Positions 52,890-63,510 of a DNA stretch of 64,000 nucleotides are shown here, one piece after another. A program made the position numbers and the translations under genes. This DNA is from Thermoproteota archaeon. GTDB lineage: Archaea; Thermoproteota; Thermoprotei_A; Sulfolobales; Ignisphaeraceae. Every line of letters starts with the position of its first letter. Position 1 is the first letter of the stretch. Under the pieces are notes generated by a model. It did not search any database and was not told the origin of the DNA. It worked only from the letters and a program-made list of their open reading frames with translations. The stretch is taken from NCBI GenBank assembly GCA_030550585.1, contig JAUQPB010000004.1, positions 64,001 to 128,000 of the forward strand, read 5' to 3'.

Positions 52890-54218
52890 ATGTTTGGTGG
52901 TTGTATTTGGATTTTGTATTTGACATATCATAGCTTGGGCAGTGTTTGGAGACCTTTCATAGGCTTTGTTGTAGTTGCTATGATTACTATCTTTCTGGTT
53001 TTTAGAAGTAGATATGCTAGGATACCTATTTGGAGTGTAATGGCATTTACATCTTTTCTTGTTGTTTTCTTTAGACTTGTATCTGTTGATGAAATGGGCT
53101 CTCTAATTGACTTAGATGTGATCTTGTTTCTAATTGGGATGTCCACATTGGTTGGCATTGCCGAGAGCTCTGATATTTTAAATGCTCTAGCTTTGTGGCT
53201 TATAGGCAAGTTCAGATCTGTTAAAATGCTTGTTATAGCATCTTCGCTTGTCTTTAGATTGCTAGCAGCATTTGCGATGAATGATACCGTAGCTCTTATG
53301 GGCCCCCAATAGCCTATTTAATTCCGAGGATTATTGGTGTAGACCCTGTCTTTATGTTTCTTCTATTAGCGTATTCTCTCACTATAGAATCTGTTATGCC
53401 ACCTATAGGCAATCCACAAAATGTTTTAGTTGCTGAAAGCTCTGGAATAGAGGCTCCTTTCATAACCTTTGTATACAAACTCTCCATACCAACTATAATA
53501 AACCTTGTTATAACGCCTTTAATACTAATGCATTTAATGATTGGCAAAGCTACTCAAAAAAGAAAAATCGCTGTGCCTATTGCTGAAGAGGCTATAAAAG
53601 ATCGGAGAGAGGCTATAATAGCTGCAATAGGCTTGACAACAACTATAGGTATGCTAATAGTAAATGATGTTCTTCAGCTTATGGGATATCCACATATACA
53701 GAGAAGAGGTTTGATACCATTCACAATAGCTGCTGGTATATACATCTTCACTAAAGAGCCTGGGAAAACACTTTCGAAAGTTGATTGGGGGGACAATAAT
53801 ATTCTTCATATCGATGTTTATAACTATGGAGGGGGTTTGGAGAAGTGGTGTTCTAAACCCGCTTCTAAACATGTTTATGAGTAGAAGATATGGCGACTTC
53901 AGAGACATACTATCAATAGCAATATCATCTATAGCATTAAGTCAGCTAATAAGCAACGCACCCTTCACAAAGCTCTTCATAAATTATATGCATTCCATGG
54001 GATTCACAGAAAAAGATGTTAATGCATGGCTGTCACTAGCAACATTTAGTACAATAGCAGGTAATCTAACATTTTTAGGAGCGGCATCAAATATAATAAT
54101 TTTGAAGGTGCTGGAATCGAGATACTCAAGAACAATATCATTTAAAGACTTTGTCAGAGCTGGAGGCATAGTAATAGCAATAAACACATTAGTGTACATA
54201 CCATTTCTTTTGTATTAA
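52890..54218 (+). pseudogene. ArsB/NhaD (citrate/anion) transporter, frameshifted
   Basis: MNDT, PIGNPQN, VDWG, SQLISN.P, AGNLT..GAASN spread over three frames. Confidence 0.85.
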
Positions 54219-54295
54219 AAACGCAATTCTTTATCACAAAACACCAAGACATTCGCAGCCAAAAGCTTTTTAATGCGGGGAGAAGGCCAAGTTGA

Positions 54296-54670
54296 TTACA
54301 GTTTATGTGATGTGTTAATTACGAATTTCCGCCTCTTTATCTGCATCAAATACTGCAATACCTTTTTCAACGCTCTAATGTAGAACTGGTTACCTGATCT
54401 AATCGCCTCCTTCAGCTCTTTTTCACTTACAATAGTTATCTCTACATCAACATCTTTTACTCTATGGATAGCAAATCTATCTTTCACTACATCCACATCC
54501 CTAACTACGACCATCACATCTATATCGCTTAAGCCCTTCACAAACTTTCCCTCTGCTATAGAACCCGTTAACAATATCTTCAAGGCTTATACCTCCTTAC
54601 CAATTCCTTTATCAACAGCTCAAGATTTTCTACAAGGTCTTTAACATTGTCTTTATCGAGAATCTTCCTC
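54296..54670 (-). pseudogene. Minimal nucleotidyltransferase (MNT), degraded
   Basis: TGSIAEG...SDIDVMVV motif; 5' part interrupted; upper coordinate approximate. Confidence 0.75.
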
Positions 54671-55058
54671 AAGAAGCTTTCTGACATGGTTCAGCACCTT
54701 CCTAGCTATGTTTATGGCCTCTTCTGCATTCTCTCTAGAGTAGTGCTTGTGGGGAGGTAGCAAGAGCCATGCACCAGGATATCTAGTGGGTATATAATAT
54801 CTATCTAGCTTCTCAGCAGAACTGGCTAAATCCTTTGGAAAGTACACTCTAGTTGCAACCTCATTTAAGAGCATATTCACACTATGTGTCTGTCTATAGA
54901 CGCCAAGTCTCTTCATCAATAAAGCCTTTAAGCCTTTTCACAGCTTGATGAGAAAAGAAACAAACTTTGCTCCATTTCCCAGCTTCAAATAAGATTGAGG
55001 CTAATTCTAAATCGTCAACAGCTTCATCAAATCAATTCACATATCTGTCATAACTCAT
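54653..55058 (-). pseudogene. HEPN domain protein, disrupted
   Basis: THS, LDRYYIPTRYP; in-frame TGA near the start and indels in the QAVEKALKA segment. Confidence 0.8.
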
Positions 55059-55292
55059 TAAGAACACTGCCAATGCTAAACACCTATGATTAAATCGTAG
55101 ATTAAAGTTTTAATTTTCTAAAAATAACTAAGTTTTAATAAAATGAGAATAAAACTAGAACAGCTCGTTTTATACACGTCAATTAATTGTAGCTTGATCT
55201 TCATAACTATGTATGTTGCATAGATAGGATTCATTAAATAGTTTAGAGATGCATCTTTTTGACTCAATCTTTATTAGCGCTATTACTAAGAT

Positions 55293-56310
55293 TTAAACTT
55301 CTATTCCTTTGCTTTTTGCTATATCTAATATGCTATTCCAAATATCTTCATCTAGTGGTATACCGTGTGCAATTCTTTGCTCATATACTCTATCCTCTGG
55401 CTCTCCTGGTAACAAGACCTCAGAAAAGCCTTTGGCTGGTGGACAGGACTTCACTTCTTTAACTAGCTCATCAACTAATGTTAGATACTCATTCATGTCT
55501 ATGAATTTTGCTGAGTCAAGTACAAGAGATAGAAAGCCTCCCTGAGTTGAACCATGGTGTAGAATCTTTGTGCTTAATGTTTTTCCAGCTAAAATCCCCG
55601 CTATAATCTCTATCATGAGAGATAGTGCATACCCCCTTATAGCCTCCGAATGGAAGTAGAGCATATACTTTACTAGGATCTCTAGTTATTCTTCCTTCAC
55701 TATCTATTGCCACACCCTCTGGTATGCTCTCCACCCTCATAGCCGCTAATCTTATTTTATATGATGCCATAGCACTTGTGGCCATGTCTATGACTATAGG
55801 TTTAGACTTTGTTGGAAAGGCAATAGTAAATGGGTTTGTGCCAAACAAAGGTTTTGAACCTCCAAAAGGAACTGCAAGAGCAGATCCATTAGCACATGCA
55901 AATCCAATAAGTTTTTCATTAGCTGCCATAATTGAGTAGTAAGCAAGCATTCCAACATGGCCAAGACTCCTAACAGCAGCAATACCCATACCAAATCTCT
56001 TTGCCCTTTCTATTGCTATACGCATAGCTTTAGCAGCTACGGGAATACCTAAACAGTTATTGCCATCAGCAACAATAACATTGTTTTCATCTCTAACAAT
56101 AGATAAAATTCCACAAGGCTTTACATAGCCTTTTTCAATACCTTCGACATAAACCCTAACTCTGATCACGCCATGGCTATCAACCCCCTAAGATTAGCTA
56201 AAACTAGGTGATCTGCAATAATCTCAGCATCTTCAACAGAAAAGCCATAGGAAAAGAATATTCTTTTAACCAAATTCCTTAAAACATTATTACTAACAAC
56301 TACGACACAC
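55293..56310 (-). pseudogene. Ldh_2-family oxidoreductase, frameshifted
   Basis: RGVDSHG, GHVG, GTNP, DMATS, GGYKG, LPGEPE across frames. Confidence 0.85.
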
Positions 56311-56379
56311 ATATAACATCACAAACAATTAAATGGAAAACAAGCTTACTTAAGTATTTATAAAACAAATTGCTTAACG

Positions 56380-56500
56380 ATCTTAGTCTTTAGATTCATC
56401 AATGCCTCTTCAAACCTTCTCACAAGTTATTTTAGTTTCTAGAAGACAAATTAAACCATCGTACCCCAGTCTTCTAGAAGCAGATGAGCATATATGAGAC
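56380..56500 (-). pseudogene. Remnant of a sugar isomerase/epimerase C-terminus
   Basis: RRLGYDGLICLLE reading on the minus strand; heavily decayed. Confidence 0.35.
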
Positions 56501-56863
56501 ACATCTAATCAATATCTATTTACAGTACTCTTTGTCTCATGGATTTGATTATCGGAAAACTCAATGATATGTCTATTCCAAAGAGCTCTAAGCTTAGTGT
56601 ATTCAAACTTCAAGTTCATTAACAACCTTTGGGGTATGTTCAAAGTCTTATGATATATCATCAGATATTATTGAGAATTTTATGTGAAGTTATATCTGAT
56701 ATCAAGAATTTATCCAAGTGTCATAGCCTCAACTAAAACGTCTTATGTTAGTTGTTCTAATTTGGAGTATTTTTATGTGTTGAATGTTGAGGAAAGCATA
56801 AAAGATATATAAAATCAAATTTTGTGTTATGTATAAATGCAATGCTTGCTGAGGTGATATTCT

Positions 56864-56970
56864 ATGGCTAAAAGAATTGGTGTAGGTGTTGTTGGGCTTG
56901 GGGCTATAGGCAAGGTTCATGTGGAGGCTATTAAAGATCTTGAAAAGTCTACGGATTATATAAAGCTTGT
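56864..56970 (+). pseudogene. Gfo/Idh/MocA oxidoreductase 5' fragment
   Basis: IGVGVVGLGAIGKVH Rossmann start, then lost. Confidence 0.7.
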
Positions 56971-57322
56971 GAGTGAGTTGATCGGGGGAGGAAGCATAAA
57001 GCTTAGGGCAGGCTCTGCAACAGGTCTCAAGGTAGAGGATATTTGTAGAGGATGCGCAACACTAATATTTCTCATAACACCCGATATATGCAGTAAGACA
57101 TAGACATAAAAACGCTTTTGACGAACAAACAAAGGCAACAGTATTTCGCTGCAGAAACCCGGTAACCGCTATTGCATCGCCTATTCAATTACTGGTCGTG
57201 ATTGTTGAGTTCCATTCTGCATCTTTATTGGCATGTGACACGCAAAAGTCATGGAGTATAAAGAAATACAAAGGATGTAGCAGTTTATATAGCCACCTAC
57301 ATAGAAATAAGATGCAGGTTTT

Positions 57323-57376
57323 TGGATGACGCTACTGCCGAGAGCTGAAAATGTGATGATAGGAGGGGGTACCTGA
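57323..57376 (+). ncRNA. C/D-box methylation guide sRNA
   Basis: TGGATGA (57323), 15-nt guide, CTGA (57345), GTGATGA (57353), 13-nt guide, CTGA (57373); intergenic. Confidence 0.75.
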
Positions 57377-57485
57377 CAACAAATTTTGAAATGCTATAGG
57401 GTATCGCTAAGCATTATCAATGTGTTTAATATGTTTTGGTAATGTTTAAATATCCTTTAAAATATTACTATTTTGTGTGGTTTGA

Positions 57486-58139
57486 ATGAGTTTATCTGCT
57501 GAGTATATTGTTAAGCTTTTTGAGGAGGATGCCAGGGCTAGGAAGAGGCTTGCTGAGTTACTTGTTTCTGAGCCTGACATAAGGTTGGCTGTGGTAAATG
57601 CTGTTTTGAGGGATGTCGCAACGAAGAGTGATTTGGAGAGAGTTGAGAGTAGTTTGAGGAATGAGATTAGGTCTACTGAGAAGGGTCTTGGAGAAGCTGT
57701 AGATGGTTTGAGAAGGGAGTTTATGGAGTATAGAAAAGAGTTTATGGGCCACATAGAAAACATTAACAAGTCTATCGAGAACCTGAGATCAGAGGTGTTC
57801 AACTCTATAAATAATCTTAGATCAGAGGTGTTCAACCACATAAATGAGTTGAGAAAAGATATTTCAGAGCTGAGGGACAGGGTGTCAAGGTTAGAAGGCG
57901 CATACAACGAGTTAACAAAGAGAATAGACGACTTAGACAAGAGGATAGATGGCTTAGATAAAAGGATTGACTCATTAGATAGAAGAATAGATGCATTGGA
58001 TAAGAGAATAGACGCATTAGACAAGAGGATAGATGCGTTAGACAAGAGAATGGACTACATAACCAAAATATCATGGCTATTAACAGGCTCAGTAATAGCA
58101 ACACTAATAGCAAACATAGTGATAAGAATGCTACCATAG
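57486..58139 (+). CDS. Coiled-coil repeat protein with C-terminal TM
   Basis: RDVATK.D motif, 11-aa and 7-aa (KRID.LD) repeats. Confidence 0.85.
   Translation: MSLSAEYIVKLFEEDARARKRLAELLVSEPDIRLAVVNAVLRDVATKSDLERVESSLRNEIRSTEKGLGEAVDGLRREFMEYRKEFMGHIENINKSIENLRSEVFNSINNLRSEVFNHINELRKDISELRDRVSRLEGAYNELTKRIDDLDKRIDGLDKRIDSLDRRIDALDKRIDALDKRIDALDKRMDYITKISWLLTGSVIATLIANIVIRMLP
57918..58055 (+). repeat. Coding 21-bp degenerate tandem repeat (6 units plus a partial)
   Basis: AAGAGAATAGACG..TTAGAC-like units encoding heptads. Confidence 0.9.
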
Positions 58140-58634
58140 ACTAGACCTGTCACCCTCTAAAAACCCTTATAGTGTTTGCAATAGCCTTAGCGATGGTCTA
58201 TGTATCATATAAGGAGTTGGCAATACCTTTTTAAATGCGTATTTAGGTGTCCTAGCAACATGAAAGTGCCTATTTGATGTTCATTAATGACACATTGGAA
58301 TGTACTTAAACTATGCCATATAATCACATCCTTTGTCAATCATGTACCTAAAATTCTCTTGGTTTAATATTGTAAAGGTATTGTATAGAAATTGAGGTTG
58401 GTTTTGATATCCTATTATATTAGGTCGTGGAGCAGGGGTTACAAATAAGATAGTCTAATTATAGTTCTTCATAGCGTTTTAGAGAATAAGACAAATTTAG
58501 AGGTTATTTTAACATTAGCTATCGATAAGCATAGCTAAGCTGGTATGTCATAGAAATGTGGTAAATGTGATAAGAATTGAAGAAAATGAAAAATTGTTTT
58601 ATTTTCTTAGTGGCCTTGGGTTTTTTAGGCTTTA

Positions 58635-59127
58635 CTACAAGCCGTCTATAGGTTTGTTCTCCACATAGTTTATTATGGCCTCTACAACAGCTTCATCCAT
58701 GTTCCTAAGTGCTTCGTGTGTATATGCTGCTATGTGTGGTGTTATTATAATGTTTGGGTATTTTAATAGTCTGTGGTCTGCCCCTATAGGCTCTCCCTCA
58801 ACAACATCTGCTGCATATGCTGCTACAACACCCTTTTCGATGTATTCACATAGAGCTTCTTCATCTACAAGCTCTCCTCTAGCTGTATTAACTATTATTA
58901 CACCCCTCTTCATTTTACTTAAAATGTTTTTGTTTATCATATGGTATGTCTCATTTGTTAGCGGTGCGTGAAATGTTATTATATCGCTTTCTCTAGCCAG
59001 CTCCTCTAAACTTGTAGCGTAATTATATCCCATTGTCTCAACTCTTTCTTTGGGTATATACGGGTCGTAGACAATTATCTTAGCTCCAAAGCCTTTTGAA
59101 AGTATTTCAGTTACTCTAGATACTATA
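58635..59127 (-). pseudogene. D-2-hydroxyacid dehydrogenase, 3' half only
   Basis: YDPY, HAPLT, NTARG, ADV..EP, TPHIA; N-terminal half absent. Confidence 0.85.
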
Positions 59128-59364
59128 GAGGTTTATGAGAGGCTGGATGGTCTGTTGATAAGAATCCAATGACTATACCATGTCTTATACATATGAGTTA
59201 GAGGGATAGCGGATTTGATAGAGAAAGAGGGTTACGAGTCAAAGAGGAGAGAGCTCATCGACTATGCATGGAAATTTACATACCTTGTTATGGCGGTCTC
59301 AATAATTGCAGCAGTAATGAATATATTTAACTCTGGTTAGATTATTGCAGTGTCTGGGGTGTTT

Positions 59365-60034
59365 ATGTACTCTAGTTCTGCTCCTTGGTGGAAAGAGGTT
59401 TGGGGTTGAGATAGGGTTAAAGATGTTTTAAGGACTTTGCCTGGCAGGCTTGGTTTTGAGAGGAATAGGTATTTAAGGTTCTTTAGGCTTAGAGTTGATC
59501 TGGAGACGGGAGAGGTTTTTGATGAGGTTTTAGAGAGGTTTCTAAGTGAGAGGGAGAGATATGGGTTGTACTATGTGCTGTACAACTATGCGCAAACAGC
59601 TGTGGATATTGGGGGAAAGCGGAGAATACGCCACATTGACACAGATTTGCCCAGCTATTCACTGCCCAATGGTAAAGCAAAATATAGACGCATTCAAGGT
59701 GCTTGTAGACTCTGTCTTCTCGTCCAACCCAGACCTTCTATACAAAGCCGCTGAGCCATTTAACTACGAAAAAATTGGGTTTGGAGACGCAGCTGTGAAG
59801 GTGTATACACTGCCTAGAGTCCCAATAGTTGTTGCTATATGGTTTGGCGAGGAAGGAATACCGTCATCAGTATCACTACTATACGATAAAAACATTTCCA
59901 ACTACATCGAATGTGAAGCAGCCTCCATCATGGGCGGAATTCTGCTGGCAAGACTAATAATATCACTAAGCAGGTCAGCAGGTATAGACACAAGCAACAT
60001 TAAATATAGCTATAGATACCAGTGCCCAGAATAA
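59365..60034 (+). pseudogene. DUF3786-like protein, disrupted
   Basis: GDAAV...LPRVPI...W.GEE motif; in-frame TGA near 59408 and a frameshift at the G run 59611-59615. Confidence 0.7.
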
Positions 60035-60197
60035 TCATATCCCCTTCTCCCCACCTACAGGAGCTGCACCCCCCTCCGCAAACTAAAATCATCTCTACAC
60101 AAACATTTATAAAATTTTCTGAACCGACCTCCTCCCCACACTAAAGAACAAGGCCTTCAGATGTAATTGATGATCAATGAAAAACATGACCCAGACT

Positions 60198-60232
60198 CTA
60201 CAGAACTGCGTAGCAGCTACAGAGGTGTGTAG
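60198..60232. promoter_or_regulatory. Second copy of the ATPase-associated tandem motif
   Basis: CTACAGAACTGCGTAG (60198) plus CTACAGAGGTGTGTAG (60217), 19-bp period. Confidence 0.65.
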
Positions 60233-60265
60233 TGGCAAAAATAAGGAAAGCATCATTTTAAGCAG

Positions 60266-62404
60266 TTAGGAAGACACAGCTATCTTTATGGGGTAGTAGA
60301 CGCAGACCCCTCCACCTAGCTGTGTGCAATACTGTAAAAGCATGAACACAGTTCCAGACCGGCCAGCTGCTGTGAAGTACCCTGAGAAGCTGATGTTGCT
60401 TCTTGTGCTTGGGGCTATCACCACCCAATCAGTTGATGTTGTTGCTGGAGCCCCGCCAACAATTCTGATTGGCTGGCTTGTATAGGTCGAGTTGCGTATC
60501 GTGATGTTTGCTGTTAGATATGTACATTCGATACAGTCAGATAGCAGGAGCCTGGCATAGTATGGCTTGGAGTCGCTGTTGTATATGGATGAGACTATAA
60601 AGCCTGTTACACTTGCTGAAGAGCTCGATATTGCGGCTGAGACAGCTACGCTAGTGTAGTTTGCTCCCGGAGACCATGAGAGAGTGCCTGTTGTAAGGCT
60701 ATATGTGTCGCCACCGAGTATAGCATCTCCAGAGGTGTAGACGAGGCAGGGCACCCCATCGGGAAACCTCACCACAATCCTGCCATCAATACCCGTTCCC
60801 ACAACAGCATCGGTAACAACATTGAGTGCAATGTGACTGGTAGTAGCTGTAGCAGAAGCCACCAGATTCCCTAGATTATCCCACAGCCAAACACTATAGC
60901 CCACAGGAACATTCTGAACGGTTATAGTCCTGGGGTCTGATGTAGAAACTATGAAGTCGTCGAAGTAGACTGTGCTGGTTCCTATGATTCTATCGACTTC
61001 TACGCCTACATACGATGGTTGGAAGAACCTCGTGCCAGTGATTGTCGCTGATGCAGTGGCGACTCGGTTGCCTCTCACATCATATATGTATGCTGTGATG
61101 GATATGCTATTCCCAGTTACAATATATATAATAACAACTGTGTACCATGCATCTCTACTGTAACCAGATATAGTTGCACTAGCGTGTTGGTTCCAGCTAC
61201 CCACATAGCTCCAAATATACAAATAGCCGTTGTAGATAGATATCTCGTATAGTCTTTGAAGCGTAGAGTCTATGAGGACTATCCCCCTGTATGTCTCAGC
61301 ACCAGATGCAAGCCTCGTCTTAACTGATACCCAGAGAGAGCTGTAGCTTGAGACAGATGTTGCCCAGTAGTACTGCGATGCCCATCCTATACCCCCGTCG
61401 TTGTCCTGCCCTGAAAGAGTGTTTCCCTTGTATCCCGCTGCTGTAGAGCCCCATGAGCCTCCTCTACTTGTCCACCCAGGAACTGGATATGTCTCGAAGT
61501 CTGTGTATACTACTGCCCCCCTGCTAGCCCTCGTCAACGCTATGCAGTATGTTGTTTGCGGCTGTTGGAATGTTGTCGGCGGTGCTACAGGCGCTGTGGA
61601 TAGCTGCATTGGGCTGTAGGCAAACGTGCCTGCGGATGCAACTGCTAAAATCAGTATCAGAGCTACTGCTATTGGTGTCTGTGTTGTGAGCAGCTTCTTT
61701 GCACCTTTTATCTTAGTCCACACCCTTTTCTCTACTGCTATCGCCGGCTCAACATATTTTCCATACAGGTATATTGTCCAGACTATTGCGGCTAGCGACA
61801 GTGCTACGGCTACTGTTAGGGGTATTAACAGTGTGTATGGTGCTTCGAAGACCATTCTATACGCCACTGTTTTCAGCGTCTCTATCCCCGGATACTCTAT
61901 GATTCCAGCCGATGTTGCGAGCCTTATGGTGTTGCCGTTTCTGGCTATTGCGAGTATTGTTGATGCGTCTGCTGAGAATGCTTGTGTGAGATATCTTAGG
62001 ACGCCGGACACTATTTCGAGTGATAGGGAGACTCCGTAGGCTAGTGCAGATGCTGTCACATACCTCCTCTTGTATACCAGTGCTGTGGATGCTGTTGACA
62101 TTGCCAGAAGCACAAATGTGTATACAGCTGTTGCCAGGGAAACTGTTTTGACAGCATCTATATTAGGCATGTAGATGCCGTTCCCATTTATTGTATTGGT
62201 CATTGAGTAGCCTGTGAGCGATATGTAGCCCCTTACAAAGCCCTCGACAAATATCTGCGGGTAGAGAAGAGCCACCAGATACAGTATAGCTGTTAATGCG
62301 TTTGCAAGCCCAGCCAATGCTATGACTGCTCTCATCCTCTTGGAGATGAACCTCCCCAGAACAGCGTCCAGGTCTATCCATATCTCACTGCCAGCGTCTG
62401 CCAC
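60266..62404 (-). CDS. Multi-TM protein fused to an exported lectin-like and pilin-like region (putative minor pilin/adhesin)
   Basis: Internal signal-like segment, DFE..GW...WYTV...YFDDF (LamG/ConA-like), C-terminal segment resembling the adjacent pilin. Confidence 0.7.
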   Translation of the reverse strand: MADAGSEIWIDLDAVLGRFISKRMRAVIALAGLANALTAILYLVALLYPQIFVEGFVRGYISLTGYSMTNTINGNGIYMPNIDAVKTVSLATAVYTFVLLAMSTASTALVYKRRYVTASALAYGVSLSLEIVSGVLRYLTQAFSADASTILAIARNGNTIRLATSAGIIEYPGIETLKTVAYRMVFEAPYTLLIPLTVAVALSLAAIVWTIYLYGKYVEPAIAVEKRVWTKIKGAKKLLTTQTPIAVALILILAVASAGTFAYSPMQLSTAPVAPPTTFQQPQTTYCIALTRASRGAVVYTDFETYPVPGWTSRGGSWGSTAAGYKGNTLSGQDNDGGIGWASQYYWATSVSSYSSLWVSVKTRLASGAETYRGIVLIDSTLQRLYEISIYNGYLYIWSYVGSWNQHASATISGYSRDAWYTVVIIYIVTGNSISITAYIYDVRGNRVATASATITGTRFFQPSYVGVEVDRIIGTSTVYFDDFIVSTSDPRTITVQNVPVGYSVWLWDNLGNLVASATATTSHIALNVVTDAVVGTGIDGRIVVRFPDGVPCLVYTSGDAILGGDTYSLTTGTLSWSPGANYTSVAVSAAISSSSASVTGFIVSSIYNSDSKPYYARLLLSDCIECTYLTANITIRNSTYTSQPIRIVGGAPATTSTDWVVIAPSTRSNISFSGYFTAAGRSGTVFMLLQYCTQLGGGVCVYYPIKIAVSS

Positions 62405-63510
62405 CTCCTCTCACCCCACACAAGATACTCTACACGGGCATAGACAAACCTGCTGCCCTCTGGGGGCTCAATATAGAGTGTCTCAAAGCCGTTTACAACA
62501 GCAGATGTGTTTGCATATCTCCAGCTCTCGCCAACTCCATAGGCATACTGGAAGGATATGTTGAATCTCATCGGAAAGCAGTTTGGGTTGTATATTGCTA
62601 GAGAGCCGTTTACAGCTCTAAGAATTGGGCTGTCGCCGTATACCCTGACCCTGTAGCTTCCGTAGAGCCTGCCAACACTATTTAGCGTTGCTATAACAGA
62701 TACGTTCAGGTTGCCACTTTTCTCAAAAGCCTCTTCAACCATTTTTGGAGGTGGATAGCCTATCACATGGGTCGAGTTGTATGCTGTCTTCACCAAAACG
62801 CCGTCTACATACATAGACGCATCCGATACTGCAAAGTCTCCAGTGTACCTAATAGTTATAGTACAGCTCTTGGGGTCGGAGCCTGCGCTAGACAGGTAGA
62901 GGGCTGGCGGATAGAGCCTTGTGTAGCCTGGGGCTGGCTGTGCAAAGCCGTAGACAAGCATTATAAACAGTATTATCGTTGCGTAGGTCAGGGCAGAGCT
63001 GACCCCAACAACCCTTGTCCTAGCTATAGATGCTACTGCAAAGCCTGTTGAGAACAGGAACAGCGGCAGCCAGACAAGGCGTGGGATGGTGGCGACGACA
63101 ACGCCCCTAACCTGGTTGGGGGAGACAGGCGGGTCTGCAACATGGTTGGCATCGCCCTTGGTTATAACACACCTGCTCTCGGGGCAGAAGCCTATTACCC
63201 TGTGGACAACGCAGAAGCTTGGGTTGATGCAATAGACAACGACATCGCCTTTGGAGAAGCTTCCTCGGACAGAGACGACCAAGTCCCACCTGTGTATAGA
63301 GGGCTCCATACTGCTGGAATATACTATGAAGCCTCCAAACAGGTTCAGAATGTTTGCCCTAGACAAGAAGGCGAAGAGAAACAGGGCAAAGAAGATAACT
63401 ATAACAGCATTGGATATGTGGGAGAGGGTAGGGATAACCTTTCTATAAAAAAACCTTTTGTTTTCATAGGGTTCACATCGACCACCCGCTCTATGGCGGC
63501 ATCTCGCCAC
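62374..63510 (-). CDS. sipW: SipW-like signal peptidase I with C-terminal extension
   Basis: SSSMEP (Ser), VVHRV (His), TKGDAN...D; start uncertain. Confidence 0.85.
   Translation of the reverse strand: MARCRHRAGGRCEPYENKRFFYRKVIPTLSHISNAVIVIFFALFLFAFLSRANILNLFGGFIVYSSSMEPSIHRWDLVVSVRGSFSKGDVVVYCINPSFCVVHRVIGFCPESRCVITKGDANHVADPPVSPNQVRGVVVATIPRLVWLPLFLFSTGFAVASIARTRVVGVSSALTYATIILFIMLVYGFAQPAPGYTRLYPPALYLSSAGSDPKSCTITIRYTGDFAVSDASMYVDGVLVKTAYNSTHVIGYPPPKMVEEAFEKSGNLNVSVIATLNSVGRLYGSYRVRVYGDSPILRAVNGSLAIYNPNCFPMRFNISFQYAYGVGESWRYANTSAVVNGFETLYIEPPEGSRFVYARVEYLVWGERRWQTLAVRYG

Noticed and set aside
57446-58045. Antisense ORF with SNASILL repeats
   Set aside because: Shadow of the repeat-coding plus-strand gene.
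57918-58055. 21-bp repeats as a CRISPR array
   Set aside because: No spacers, wobble-position variation, and in frame within a coiled-coil gene; no cas genes in the window.
59365-59440. In-frame TGA (here and in the HEPN gene) as selenocysteine or readthrough
   Set aside because: The positions look like TGG-to-TGA changes and the same genes carry frameshifts.
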